Positions 25,142 through 35,000 are shown, counted from the first letter of the stretch. The stretch is DNA of 40,262 nt from a virus (IMGVR_UViG_3300026289_000086), one strand, 5' to 3'. A program made the numbers and translations. The notes: a model not told the origin generated them from the letters alone.

Positions 25142-26712
25142 CCCTGACCGTGCGGCCGTACCAACAGGCGGCCATCGATGGCATCTACCAGTATTTTGAG
25201 GGGGAGACCGGAAATCCCCTGGTCATCATCCCGACCGCTGGCGGCAAGTCCCTGGTGATGGCCCGCTTCATCGAAGGCGTGCTGAAAGCGTTTGCGGACC
25301 AGCGCATTCTCGTCGTGACGCACGTCCGCGAGCTGATCGAGCAGAACTACCGCGAACTGATCCGGCTCTGGCCGCAGGCGCCGGCCGGCATCTACTCGGC
25401 GGGACTCAAGCAGCGAGACATCAGGGCGCGCATCCTGTTTGCCGGCATCCAGTCGATCCACAAGCGCGTCTATGACGTGCAGCAGTGCGACTTGGTATTG
25501 ATCGACGAAGCGCACCTGATCCCGCGCTCGTCGAACACCCTGTACCGGCGCTTCCTCGACGGTTTGACGCGCATCAACCCGCTGCTCAAGGTGATCGGTT
25601 TCACGGCCACGCCGTACCGCCTGGACTCCGGACGGCTCCACGAGGGCGATGGCGCGATCTTCACCGACATCGCCTACGAGGTGTCGGTACGCGACCTGAT
25701 CGACCAGGGCTATCTGTCGCCGCTGGTCTCCAAGCGCATGGCGACGCAACTCGATGTCGGCGGCGTGGGCACCCGTGGCGGCGAGTTTATTGCGCGCGAG
25801 TTACACGCCGCTGTCGACCGGGAGGCGATTACCCAAAGTGCCGTGGCCGAGATCGTCGCCTACGGTCAGGATCGCCGCTCGTGGTTAGTCTTCTGCGCCG
25901 GTGTCGAGCACGCGCGACATGTGCGTGACGCGATCCGCACGCAGGGCATCCGGTGCGAGACCATCGTCGGCGAGACGTCCAGCGCCGAGCGCGAGTCGCT
26001 GATCGAGGCCTTCAAGGGCGGCAAGATCCGCTGCCTGACCAACGCCAACGTGCTCACCACCGGTTTCAATGCCCCCGGGGTTGATCTGATTGCGATGCTG
26101 CGACCGACGAAGTCGGCGGGGCTGTACGTGCAGATCGTCGGTCGCGGCTGCCGGCTGGCGCCGGGCAAGAGCGACTGCCTGGTCCTGGACTTCGCCGGCA
26201 ACATCGCCCGTCACGGACCGATCGATGCGATCAAGCCGAAACGTCCCAGCGAGGGCGACGGCGACGCGCCGATCAAGGTGTGCCCGGACTGCGCCAGCAA
26301 CGTTCATGCGGCGGCACGCGAGTGCCCTGAGTGCGGGCACGCCTTTCCCCCGCCCGCGCCAATGATCGAGGCCCGGGCCAGTACGCTCGAGGTGCTCTCA
26401 AGCCTGGTCAAGCCCGAGTGGGTGGCGGTGAGCCAGGTTTGCTACGCACGCCACGAGAAGCCCGGCAAGCCGCCCTCGCTGCGCGTCGAGTACTGGTGCG
26501 GCCTGTCGGCCCATCACGAGTGGATCTGCGTCGAGCATGCCGGCTACCCGCGCCAGAAAGCAGCGACCTGGTGGGCCGCGCGCGCACCCGGTACGGCCTT
26601 ACCGAAAAGCGTCGACGAGGCGCTCCAACACGCACCGGCTTTGCGGCAACCGGCCGAGATCGCGGTCCGCCCGAGCGGGCGCTACACCGAAGTCGTGGCG
26701 GCGCGCTTCTGA
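25138..26712 (+). CDS. DEAD/DEAH-box (SF2) helicase with Zn ribbon
   Basis: PTAGGKS, LIDEAH, TATPYR, LTTGFN, QIVGRG, CPDC…CPEC; ATGA overlap. Confidence 0.92.
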   Translation: MTLTVRPYQQAAIDGIYQYFEGETGNPLVIIPTAGGKSLVMARFIEGVLKAFADQRILVVTHVRELIEQNYRELIRLWPQAPAGIYSAGLKQRDIRARILFAGIQSIHKRVYDVQQCDLVLIDEAHLIPRSSNTLYRRFLDGLTRINPLLKVIGFTATPYRLDSGRLHEGDGAIFTDIAYEVSVRDLIDQGYLSPLVSKRMATQLDVGGVGTRGGEFIARELHAAVDREAITQSAVAEIVAYGQDRRSWLVFCAGVEHARHVRDAIRTQGIRCETIVGETSSAERESLIEAFKGGKIRCLTNANVLTTGFNAPGVDLIAMLRPTKSAGLYVQIVGRGCRLAPGKSDCLVLDFAGNIARHGPIDAIKPKRPSEGDGDAPIKVCPDCASNVHAAARECPECGHAFPPPAPMIEARASTLEVLSSLVKPEWVAVSQVCYARHEKPGKPPSLRVEYWCGLSAHHEWICVEHAGYPRQKAATWWAARAPGTALPKSVDEALQHAPALRQPAEIAVRPSGRYTEVVAARF

Positions 26713-27035
26713 TGCTCTGCGACGTGTGCCGCCGCGACTACCGTGGTTTTGGTTACTCACCCCGTCTGACCCGCCAGAGCGGCCCCGATCTGTGGGCTTG
26801 TTCGATGCGGTGTCTGGGCATTATCGGGAGGCTCAAAGGAATGATCGACCCCAATGAACATGAAGAAGCCGCACTGCGTCAGGCCAGCGCCTTGGGCGGC
26901 GAGTACGTCGAATCGCTCGGCCGCACCAATCTGGCCCAGTGGTCGGAGCACGAATGGTCGACGCTGATCGACGTCGTGGTCACCGCTTTCCAGGATCACC
27001 TGCGGGACGCCTACACCCAAGACCCGCCGTTTTGA
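26712..27035 (+). CDS. Small phage protein (DUF6511-like)
   Basis: TGATG overlap; MLCDVC…CSMRC…MIDPNEHE. Confidence 0.72.
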   Translation: MLCDVCRRDYRGFGYSPRLTRQSGPDLWACSMRCLGIIGRLKGMIDPNEHEEAALRQASALGGEYVESLGRTNLAQWSEHEWSTLIDVVVTAFQDHLRDAYTQDPPF

Positions 27036-27044
27036 GGAGGAGCC

Positions 27045-29363
27045 ATGACCGCTTCCAGTTTCATGGCGCAGTTGGGCGCCAAACTCGTCGACGGCGGGTT
27101 TCCGATCTTGCCGATTCAGCCCGGTACCAAGAAGCCGGGCGTGTTTCGCCGAGGGACTTGGCACGACTACCCGGCGTGGAGTCGCCATTGCACGCGCGAC
27201 ACCACCGAGCACGAGATTGACGTCTGGGGCGACTGGCCGGATGCCGGCATCGGCGTCGCTGCGGGACGAGTGATCGGTATCGATATTGATGTACTCAGCG
27301 ATCCCCGGTTGGCCAAGCGCATCGAGGTCCTGGCCCGCGAGATGCTGGGCGACACGCCGGCCTTGCGGATTGGGCGTGCGCCCAAACGCCTGCTGGTCTA
27401 TCGCGCCGAACAGCCCTTCAAGGGGTTCAAGTTGCCGCCGATCGACGTGCTGGGCCTGGGCCAGCAGTTCGTCGCTTACGGCATCCATCCAGAAACCGGG
27501 CAACCCTACGACTGGCCGCTGGACACGCTGGCCGAGATCGCCATCGACGATCTGCCGGCGATCACCGAGGCGCAGGCGCACGCTTTTGCCACGGCAGCGA
27601 TCGCGCTGGTGCCGCCTGAACTGCGGCCGGCGCGGCTGCCGCACCTTCAAGGCGCTGAAACAGCCGCTGGCGGGGTTGGGGAACAGCGCGGCACGCTCGA
27701 GGCGGTGACCGAGGCGCTGCGCTTCATCGCGAACGATGACCTCGACTACGACAGTTGGGTGCGCATAGGGCTGGCCATCAAGGGCGCGCTCGGTGATGAC
27801 GGCTGGCCGCTGTTCGAGAGCTGGTCGGGGCGGGCCGCGAAGGATGTTCCTGAGACGACCGTGAAAGCCTGGAAAGGCATGAAGCCGAGCCGCATCGGGG
27901 CGGGCACGCTCTACAAACTGGCGCTTGAGGCAGGCTGGGAGCCTGCCGCGACGCTACCTCTCAACGGAACGCTGGCGCTGAACGGGGAGCATCCGGCGAA
28001 GGCGATGCTGCAGTCCCTGGGAAGATCGACGCCGATCACTGCGAGCGCGTCAACGAACGCCGCGCAGACGAACCCGCCCAAGGCGCCACCCATGCCTGCC
28101 GGCTGGAATCAGGTCGGCGGAGTACTCGCCGACCTGATTCAACTGATGACGAGCAGTGCCAAGCGACCGCAACCGGTGCTCGCATTGGGCGCCTCGCTGA
28201 CCGCCGTCGGAGCCTTGATGGGGCGGAAGTACCGCACGCAGAGCAATATTCGCTCGAACCTCTATGTGGTCGGAATCGCCGAGAGTGGTGCGGGCAAGAA
28301 CCACAGCCGCGTGGTGATCATTGAACTGTTGAGCCGGGCCGGGCTGCTGCAGTACCTGGGGGGCAACAAGATCGCCTCGGGCGCGGGCCTCCTGGCCGGG
28401 CTTCGCCGCCAGCCAGCCATTCTCTTCCAGTTGGACGAGTTCGGCATGTTCCTATCGGCTGCCGCGGATCGCAAGCGTTCGCCGCGCTATCTGTGCGAGG
28501 TGCTCGATTTGTTGACTGAGCTGTACACGACCTCAGGCACCACGTATTTCGGTGTGGAGTATGCGCACAGCCAGGCCGAGGCGGCGCATCGGGCGACCCA
28601 TCAACCCTGCGTGTGCATTTACGGCACGACGACACCGCTACACTTCTGGCAGGCGCTTCAGGCGACCAACATCGCCGATGGCTCGTTGGCGCGGTTCCTG
28701 ATTCTTCAGAGCGAGGAGGACTTTCCGGACAGCAACGAAGACTTTGGCCTCATCGATCCGCCGCAGGAATTGATCGATCGCCTGCGGTTGATCCATCAAG
28801 GCGGTGGCAAGCTCAATGGCAACCTGGCCGACGTGGGTGCGGTCGACGAGGTATCCCCCCTTCCTCGAACCGTACCGACCAATGCCCAGGCCAAGGGCGT
28901 CTTCCAGGCGCTCGACCACGACTTGCTGAACGAACTGCGCGCCGCGCACGGCACCGGCTTCGCATCAATCCTGGCGCGCATCGAGGAGAACGCCACCAAG
29001 CTGGCGCTGATCCGCGCGGTGTCGCGCGATGCCGTGGATCCGGAGATCACCGGCGACGACGCCGAGTGGGGCATCCTGATCGCACGGCACTGCGCCGGAC
29101 AGACGATTCGCGAAGCGTCGATGCGCGTTTCGGAGAACGTCATTGAGTCGAATCACAAGCGCGCGCTGCAAATACTTCAAGCGTCCGGACCGGTTGGGAT
29201 GGCCAAGAGCGAGTTCACGCGCCGCACGCAGTTCATGGATGCGCGTCAGCGAGACGGCGTGCTGAAGACGCTACTGGACGCACAGATGATCGAGATTGAA
29301 ATGATTCAAGGACCACGGCGCCCGATGAACTTGATAAAAGCACTTGAAAACAGTGGGTTGTGA
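27045..29363 (+). CDS. Primase-polymerase / PriCT-2 / DUF3987-like helicase fusion (replication initiator)
   Basis: N-terminal ILPIQPGTKKP…GIDID…LLVYR; DYDSWVRIGLA (PriCT-2-like); C-terminal GIAESGAGKN, FQLDEFG. Confidence 0.88.
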   Translation: MTASSFMAQLGAKLVDGGFPILPIQPGTKKPGVFRRGTWHDYPAWSRHCTRDTTEHEIDVWGDWPDAGIGVAAGRVIGIDIDVLSDPRLAKRIEVLAREMLGDTPALRIGRAPKRLLVYRAEQPFKGFKLPPIDVLGLGQQFVAYGIHPETGQPYDWPLDTLAEIAIDDLPAITEAQAHAFATAAIALVPPELRPARLPHLQGAETAAGGVGEQRGTLEAVTEALRFIANDDLDYDSWVRIGLAIKGALGDDGWPLFESWSGRAAKDVPETTVKAWKGMKPSRIGAGTLYKLALEAGWEPAATLPLNGTLALNGEHPAKAMLQSLGRSTPITASASTNAAQTNPPKAPPMPAGWNQVGGVLADLIQLMTSSAKRPQPVLALGASLTAVGALMGRKYRTQSNIRSNLYVVGIAESGAGKNHSRVVIIELLSRAGLLQYLGGNKIASGAGLLAGLRRQPAILFQLDEFGMFLSAAADRKRSPRYLCEVLDLLTELYTTSGTTYFGVEYAHSQAEAAHRATHQPCVCIYGTTTPLHFWQALQATNIADGSLARFLILQSEEDFPDSNEDFGLIDPPQELIDRLRLIHQGGGKLNGNLADVGAVDEVSPLPRTVPTNAQAKGVFQALDHDLLNELRAAHGTGFASILARIEENATKLALIRAVSRDAVDPEITGDDAEWGILIARHCAGQTIREASMRVSENVIESNHKRALQILQASGPVGMAKSEFTRRTQFMDARQRDGVLKTLLDAQMIEIEMIQGPRRPMNLIKALENSGL

Positions 29364-29377
29364 AGGTCGCGAGGAAC

Positions 29378-29564
29378 AACTTCAAAACTTCATAACTTCA
29401 AGCCTTAGATACCCTGTATACCCAGATCTGCCCTCGCGCGCGATCCCGAGAGAGAAGGAGAGAAAAAAACAGGATGTATATTGAATGAATTAAATATTGA
29501 AGTATTTATAGATCTAGCTCTCTCTCTCGGGACACTCCCCTTGAATGAATGAATTATTGAAGTT
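29378..29564. repeat. Origin-like AT-rich repeat region downstream of the primase
   Basis: AACTTCA x3 at 8-bp period (29378, 29386, 29394); 12-bp IR TCCCGAGAGAGA 29444-29455 / TCTCTCTCGGGA 29521-29532; TTGAATGAAT-N4-TATTGAAGT at 29481 and 29541. Confidence 0.7.
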
Positions 29565-29693
29565 ATTGCCGTAGTCCCGTTCTTGCTCTGACCCGTACCC
29601 GATCCCGATCGGGCATGAGGGAGCGCCGAAGACCCTGACCCGGTCGCGTGCACGCTCCTCCAGGCCGCCACTAGCCTTTTGGAGGATTTGCAC

Positions 29694-30203
29694 ATGTCCC
29701 ACCACCCCACAACGCAGCCAGCGGCTTCTGCCGCCGCCCTCCCTGGCGCTACGCTCGCTCTCGATCTCGGCCAGCACACCGGCTGGGCGCTGGCCTATCC
29801 ACGCGGTCCCATCACCTCGGGTACCGAGACCTTCAAAGCGGGCCGCTTCGAGGGCGGCGGCATGCCGCTGCTGCGCTTCGCCGCGTGGCTTGACGAATTG
29901 CAGGCCAAGGCCGGTCCGCTGACCGCCGTCGTGTTCGAGGAAGTGCGCGCGCACCGAGGCACGGCGGCGGCCCACACCTACGGCGCCTTCCTCGGGCAAC
30001 TGACCGCGTGGTGCGAGCTCCACCAGGTGCCCTACCAGGGCGTGCCGGTCGGCACGATCAAGAAGCACGCGACCGGACGCGGCAATGCCGGCAAGGACGA
30101 GGTGATCGCGGCGATGCGCGCCAAGGGTTTTTATCCCGCCGACGACAACGAAGCGGATGCGCTGGCGCTTCTGCAATGGGTGCTGAAAGGGGGTGCACGA
30201 TGA
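29694..30203 (+). CDS. RuvC-like Holliday junction resolvase (phage type)
   Basis: LALDLG…VFEEV…IKKHATGRGNAGK…DDNEADA; GGAGG RBS. Confidence 0.82.
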   Translation: MSHHPTTQPAASAAALPGATLALDLGQHTGWALAYPRGPITSGTETFKAGRFEGGGMPLLRFAAWLDELQAKAGPLTAVVFEEVRAHRGTAAAHTYGAFLGQLTAWCELHQVPYQGVPVGTIKKHATGRGNAGKDEVIAAMRAKGFYPADDNEADALALLQWVLKGGAR

Positions 30204-30427
30204 GCCGACTGACCTGCACCCTCGGGCGCCTGGTGCCGGTGGCGCCAGCGACCGAAGACGAGCTGCGGGCGATGCGTGCCGCCGCTTGGCACAAGCAGGG
30301 CGTCATCGCGGTGTCGCTCGAATCGGTCACCGACCGTTGGGAGCGCACGCTCCTCGAGGCGATCGGCAGCCGGCTCTACGGACGCCGGCAGAAGGCTTCC
30401 GATCGCCGTGGGGAGAACTCGCGATGA
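30200..30427 (+). CDS. Small hypothetical phage protein, 75 aa
   Basis: ATGA overlaps at both ends (translational coupling). Confidence 0.68.
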   Translation: MSRLTCTLGRLVPVAPATEDELRAMRAAAWHKQGVIAVSLESVTDRWERTLLEAIGSRLYGRRQKASDRRGENSR

Positions 30428-30963
30428 GCGCCAAGACGAAACCCACTCCGTACGGTCCGGTGCGCCCCCTGGCCGGCAGTCGCCAAGTCGAGTGGGTGCG
30501 CGAGGCGTCCGGTGAGCACCAGGGCAACGAGCACTTCCGTACCATCGATTCGCTCAGGCTGATGCTGAAGAACGGCACCATCACGCCACCGATGCACGAC
30601 GCCGGGCAGGAATTCTCGGCCACGTTCGTGCGAGCTCAACTGGACGGACCGCGCGCGCTGGCGCTTGACCGCATTCGCGGTGGGCAGTGGTGCGACAGCA
30701 TGACCGAGCGCACCGCCTTTGCCCGCAAGCGTATCGGCCAGGCGCTCGACGCCGTGGGCGGTATCGGCAGTCCGGGTGGCTCGGCAGTGTGGCATGTCGC
30801 CGGGCTCGGGCAGAGCATCAAGGAGTGGTCGGCGCAACAAGGCTGGAACGGTCGGCCGCTGTCACAGCCCGAGGCACGCGGGATCCTGGTCGCGGCACTC
30901 GCCATGCTTTCTATGCATTACGGGTATTTGCGTGAGGCCGGGAGCAAACCCCTTGACCGGTGA
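30424..30963 (+). CDS. Conserved phage protein at the end of the early operon (possible late-gene regulator)
   Basis: ATGA overlap; AVWHVAGLGQSIKEW…ARGILVAAL HTH-like C-terminus; position typical of late regulators (inference). Confidence 0.72.
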   Translation: MSAKTKPTPYGPVRPLAGSRQVEWVREASGEHQGNEHFRTIDSLRLMLKNGTITPPMHDAGQEFSATFVRAQLDGPRALALDRIRGGQWCDSMTERTAFARKRIGQALDAVGGIGSPGGSAVWHVAGLGQSIKEWSAQQGWNGRPLSQPEARGILVAALAMLSMHYGYLREAGSKPLDR

Positions 30964-30997
30964 ACATCGAAGGCCTAGCATTTCGTCAGCCTCAAAC

Positions 30998-31077
30998 AAA
31001 AGCGCCTGCCGATCCTCCTCGCCGCAGGCGTTTTTGCATTCTGGCTCGACTTGACCCGCCCCGGTGGCGGGTTTTTG
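30998..31077 (+). terminator. Two tandem terminator-like hairpins
   Basis: AAAAGCGCCTGC…GCAGGCGTTTT 30998-31035; ACCCGCC-CCGGT-GGCGGGT-TTTTG 31054-31076. Confidence 0.65.
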
Positions 31078-31114
31078 CTTTCAGCGCCGCACCCTCCTGG
31101 AACTCCCGAACACC

Positions 31115-32521
31115 ATGCTCAACGTCGAGTACCGCAAGGTCGAGACGCTGATTCCCTGCGCCCGGAATCCGCGTACCCACAACGCCGAGCAGGTGGCCAA
31201 GATCGCCGCCAGCATCGTCGAGTACGGGTGGACCAACCCGATCCTGGTCGATGGCGACAACGGTATCGTCGCCGGTCACGGCCGGCTCGCCGCGGCGCGC
31301 AAGCTGAACCTGGACGATGTGCCGGTCATCGAACTGGCCCACCTCACGCCAACCCAGAAGCGCGCCTATCTCATCGCGGACAACCGCATGGCGCTGGATG
31401 CCGGCTGGGACGACGCCATGCTGGCGCTGGAACTCGAAGACCTGAAGCTGGCCGACTTCGATCTCTCGTTGACCGGATTCGACGCCGACGAGATCGAGGC
31501 CTTGCTGGCTGACAGTCACACCGACGCAGAGCAGCCGGGCGATGGCAACCCGCCCGATGCCGCCGACGATGTGCCCGAGGTTCCGGCCAATCCCGTATCT
31601 CGTCCCGGCGACGTGTGGGCCTTGGGTCAGCATCGCCTGATCTGCGGTGACGCCGCTGACTCTGCCGTGATCACGACGCTGATGGCCGACGAGCAAGCCA
31701 ACCTGCTGTTCACCAGCCCGCCATACGCCAACCAGCGCGCCTACACAACCGGTGGCATCGCCGACTGGGATCGCTTGATGCAGGGCGTCTTCGCCCTGGC
31801 GATGACCGTGATGGCCAGCGCGGCACAGATGCTGGTCAACCTCGGCCTGGTCCATCGCGAAGGCACCGTGGTGCGCTACTGGGACGAATGGCTCACCTGG
31901 ATGCCGCGCCAGGGTTGGCGCTTCTTCGGCTGGTACGTCTGGGACCAGGGCGTGACCGTTCCTGGCGATTGGGCCGGCCGACTCGCACCGCGCCACGAGT
32001 TCCTCTTCCACTTCAATCGCGAGGCGCGGAAGCCGAACAAGATCGTACCGTGCAAGTTCGCGGGTCAGGACAAGCATCTGCAGGCCGACGGCAGCAGCAG
32101 CGGCGGGCTGCGTACCAGGGAAGGCGAGCGTACCGGCTGGAACCATGCCGGCAAAGTGACGCAGGAGTTTCGCATTCCGGACTCGGTGGTGACCGCTACC
32201 CGCCAGCGCGGATCGATCGGCGAGGGGATCGACCACCCCGCCGTCTTCCCCATCGCCCTTCCGGAGTTCATCCTCGAGGCCTACTCCGACACCGGCGACC
32301 TCGTCTTCGAGCCCTTCTGCGGTTCAGGAACGACGATGCTCGCGGCACAGCGTACCGGCCGCATCGCCCGCTCGGTCGAGATTGCCCCCGAGTACGTCGA
32401 TGTGGCGATCAAGCGCTTCCAGCAGAATTTTGCCGGCGTGCCGGTGACGCTCGTGGCCACCGGCCAGACGTTTGACGAGGTCGCCGACGAACGACTGGGG
32501 AGCGACGATGCTGACCGTTGA
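31115..32521 (+). CDS. ParB-like domain + beta-class amino-methyltransferase (SPPY, probably m4C)
   Basis: NPRTHN…GHGRLAAA (ParB-N); LLFTSPPY before FEPFCGSGTT. Confidence 0.9.
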   Translation: MLNVEYRKVETLIPCARNPRTHNAEQVAKIAASIVEYGWTNPILVDGDNGIVAGHGRLAAARKLNLDDVPVIELAHLTPTQKRAYLIADNRMALDAGWDDAMLALELEDLKLADFDLSLTGFDADEIEALLADSHTDAEQPGDGNPPDAADDVPEVPANPVSRPGDVWALGQHRLICGDAADSAVITTLMADEQANLLFTSPPYANQRAYTTGGIADWDRLMQGVFALAMTVMASAAQMLVNLGLVHREGTVVRYWDEWLTWMPRQGWRFFGWYVWDQGVTVPGDWAGRLAPRHEFLFHFNREARKPNKIVPCKFAGQDKHLQADGSSSGGLRTREGERTGWNHAGKVTQEFRIPDSVVTATRQRGSIGEGIDHPAVFPIALPEFILEAYSDTGDLVFEPFCGSGTTMLAAQRTGRIARSVEIAPEYVDVAIKRFQQNFAGVPVTLVATGQTFDEVADERLGSDDADR

Positions 32522-33767
32522 GCAGTGGCCGATCGACCGCCTGATCGAGTACGCGCGCAACCCTCGCAAGAACGATCATGCCGTCGACCAGATGGCCGCC
32601 GCCATCCAGGAGTTCGGCTTTCGGATCCCCTGTGTCGCCCAGTCCGATGGGCGCCTGGTCGATGGTCACCTGCGCCTGAAGGCGGCGCGCAAGCTCGGGC
32701 TCGACACGGTGCCGGTGATCCTCGCCGACGACCTGACGCCGACGCAGATCAAGGCCTTTCGTCTGCTGGCCAACCGCTCGGCGACCTGGGCCGAGTGGGA
32801 CGAGGATCTGCTGCGCCTCGAACTCGATGAGCTGAAGCTCGACGACTTCGATCTGACACTGACCGGCTTCGATGCCGACCAGCTGCTGGAAATCATGACC
32901 GGCGAGGAGACGACTGCGGCGGGGAACACCGAAGACGACGCCGTGCCGGACGTGCCGGAAACGCCGGTGTCGCGACTGGGTGATGTGTGGGTGCTCGGCA
33001 AGCACCGGCTGCTGTGCGGGGATGCTACACACGAGGACAGCTATCAGGCACTACTCGGCACCGATCACGTGTCGATGCTCTGGCAGGACCCGCCGTACAA
33101 CGTGAACTACGCCAACAGCGCGAAGGACAAAGTGCGCGGCAAGAATCGCGCGATCATCAACGACAACCTGGGTGACGGGTTCCACGATTTCCTGGTGGCG
33201 GCCCTCACCCCGGCGCTGACGCGCTGCAATGGCGCGGTCTACATCGCGATGTCCTCCAGCGAGCTCGACGTGCTGCAGTCAGCGTTCCGCGCCGCGGGTG
33301 GCCACTGGTCGACCTTCATCATCTGGGCGAAGAACACCTTCACGCTGGGCCGCGCCGACTATCAGCGCCAGTACGAGCCGATGCTCTACGGTTGGCCCGA
33401 GGGCGGCAAGCGCCACTGGTGCGGCGACCGTGATCAAGGCGACGTGTGGCAGATCAAGAAGCCCGTCAAGAACGATCTCCATCCGACGATGAAGCCCGTG
33501 GAACTCGTCGAGCGCGCGATTCGCAATTCGAGCCACCCGGGCGATACGGTGCTCGATTGCTTCGGCGGCTCCGGTACCACGCTGATCGCCGCCGAGAAGG
33601 CGGGACGGCAAGCACGGTTGATGGAACTGGACTCCAAGTACGTCGATACCATCGTTCGCCGCTGGCAGGACTACACCGGCAAAAACGCCACCCGGGAGTC
33701 GGATGGCGTTGAGTTTGATGCGGTGTTGGGTCAGGCCGAGAGTGCTTCCTCGGAGATTGCGCAGTGA
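32508..33767 (+). CDS. ParB-like domain + beta-class amino-methyltransferase (DPPY, probably m6A)
   Basis: NPRKND…DGHLRLKAA; WQDPPYNV; HPTMKP; DCFGGSGTT. Confidence 0.92.
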   Translation: MLTVEQWPIDRLIEYARNPRKNDHAVDQMAAAIQEFGFRIPCVAQSDGRLVDGHLRLKAARKLGLDTVPVILADDLTPTQIKAFRLLANRSATWAEWDEDLLRLELDELKLDDFDLTLTGFDADQLLEIMTGEETTAAGNTEDDAVPDVPETPVSRLGDVWVLGKHRLLCGDATHEDSYQALLGTDHVSMLWQDPPYNVNYANSAKDKVRGKNRAIINDNLGDGFHDFLVAALTPALTRCNGAVYIAMSSSELDVLQSAFRAAGGHWSTFIIWAKNTFTLGRADYQRQYEPMLYGWPEGGKRHWCGDRDQGDVWQIKKPVKNDLHPTMKPVELVERAIRNSSHPGDTVLDCFGGSGTTLIAAEKAGRQARLMELDSKYVDTIVRRWQDYTGKNATRESDGVEFDAVLGQAESASSEIAQ

Positions 33768-34111
33768 ATTACAAACCCCGTCAGGTAGGGTAAGCCTTGC
33801 GGGATGCCGGAGTCTTTGCTGGTCCGGCGGTTGATCGTCCAGCCCATCCATTGGGTGATGGCGGCGTGAATCGCCTGCTCGACGTGCTTGCCGACCAGCA
33901 TCTGGTTGCGGACATCATCAGAAAAGTGTCGTCCGTGGCGGCTGTCGAGGAAGAGCCTGACCGATTCGAGAGGCTCGCCGGTAGCGTTGGAGATTGCGGT
34001 CATGGCCAAAAGCCATGCGACTTCGGCATTGTCCTGCATGCCGCCGTAGAAGCCCCAGGCTTCGTTCTCGGTGGCGGGGATCGGGTTGGCGATGGTGTTG
34101 GCGGTGGTCAT
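33731..34111 (-). CDS. Small hypothetical protein (array gene a), 126 aa
   Basis: GGGAG RBS; preceded by a motif copy; ENEAWGFYG…FLDSRHGRHFSDDV. Confidence 0.78.
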   Translation of the reverse strand: MTTANTIANPIPATENEAWGFYGGMQDNAEVAWLLAMTAISNATGEPLESVRLFLDSRHGRHFSDDVRNQMLVGKHVEQAIHAAITQWMGWTINRRTSKDSGIPQGLPYLTGFVIHCAISEEALSA

Positions 34112-34144
34112 GGTGTTTCTCCCGTTTGCGTTGATGACAGAGAC

Positions 34145-34174
34145 ATGATTGCTCTACCACGAACACAAGCCAAG
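34145..34174 (-). promoter_or_regulatory. Repeated promoter-like motif (variant)
   Basis: + strand ATGATTGCTCT-accacgaacac-AAGCCAAG; 34 bp from start 34111. Confidence 0.72.
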
Positions 34175-34202
34175 TGCTTTCTCAATCATTTTGGCAACGC
34201 TT

Positions 34203-34454
34203 TCAGTCTTCCCAAATGGACGTTGCGTCGCGTGCAATCCCGATGCGCGCCCGGTCGTCGTCGCTTGCTGCTTCGAGCACCGCGCTGCCTGTTTTCGTGT
34301 TGACGCCCGCTTTGCCGGTGGCACAGAAAGTCTTGCCGTCGTGGATGATGATGCTCGGCGCCGCCTTGCTGAACTCGATCTGGATGCTCATCATGCCGCG
34401 GTTGCGACCGTTGGTATCGGTCACGTTGGTCTGGGGGGTGGTCTTGGCGGTCAT
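34203..34454 (-). CDS. Small hypothetical protein (array gene b), 83 aa (MTAKTTPQTNV…)
   Basis: GAGGAG RBS; preceded by a motif copy. Confidence 0.68.
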   Translation of the reverse strand: MTAKTTPQTNVTDTNGRNRGMMSIQIEFSKAAPSIIIHDGKTFCATGKAGVNTKTGSAVLEAASDDDRARIGIARDATSIWED

Positions 34455-34490
34455 GGCATGCTCCTCGGGGTAGTTGGCTGCGACACCCGT

Positions 34491-34520
34491 ATGAACGCGC
34501 TGTTTGATTGACAAGGCAAG
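34491..34520 (-). promoter_or_regulatory. Repeated promoter-like motif
   Basis: ATGAACGCGCT-gtttgattgac-AAGGCAAG; 37 bp from start 34454. Confidence 0.8.
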
Positions 34521-34620
34521 CGCGTTCTCAATCATCGCGGGCCCATGGCGCCTTGGCTTGCACAGACGCGCCGTGTGGCGTCGTCGTGTCGCCGGCGAGT
34601 CCTTGCTTGCCGACGCCGAT

Positions 34621-35000
34621 TCAGCACCACGTCACGCCAGACCGCAGTTCGTGGGCAATCGCCAGCAGGTGAAAGACTTCCTTGAGGCGCCGGACGACAC
34701 CCTCCTGGTCGATGCCCGGGTCGATGACGCGAACGCCCCGCTGGATGGTCGGCTGGCCGTCGATCTCAACGATGCGGGTCGGCCCGCTCTCGTCGGTCGG
34801 TGCGACGGTCTGGATACCCCAGGCCTGATGCAACGCCCGGATGGCCCGTTGACGCAGGCGCGGTAGTTCGGCGAAGTCGATCTCGCCGTAACCCTCGGAG
34901 GTGTCGATGCCCAGCGCGCCCAGCACGATGGCCGCATTGCGATTGTGGAGTAGTTGACCTCGGTTTCGGGCTGCTGGTCGATGCGGATGGTAATGCTCAT
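34621..35000 (-). pseudogene. Small hypothetical protein (array gene c) with an apparent frameshift at ~34945
   Basis: MSITIRIDQQPETEVNYS (after GGGAG RBS) switches frame into NRNAAIVLGALGID…SGVTWC*. Confidence 0.55.
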
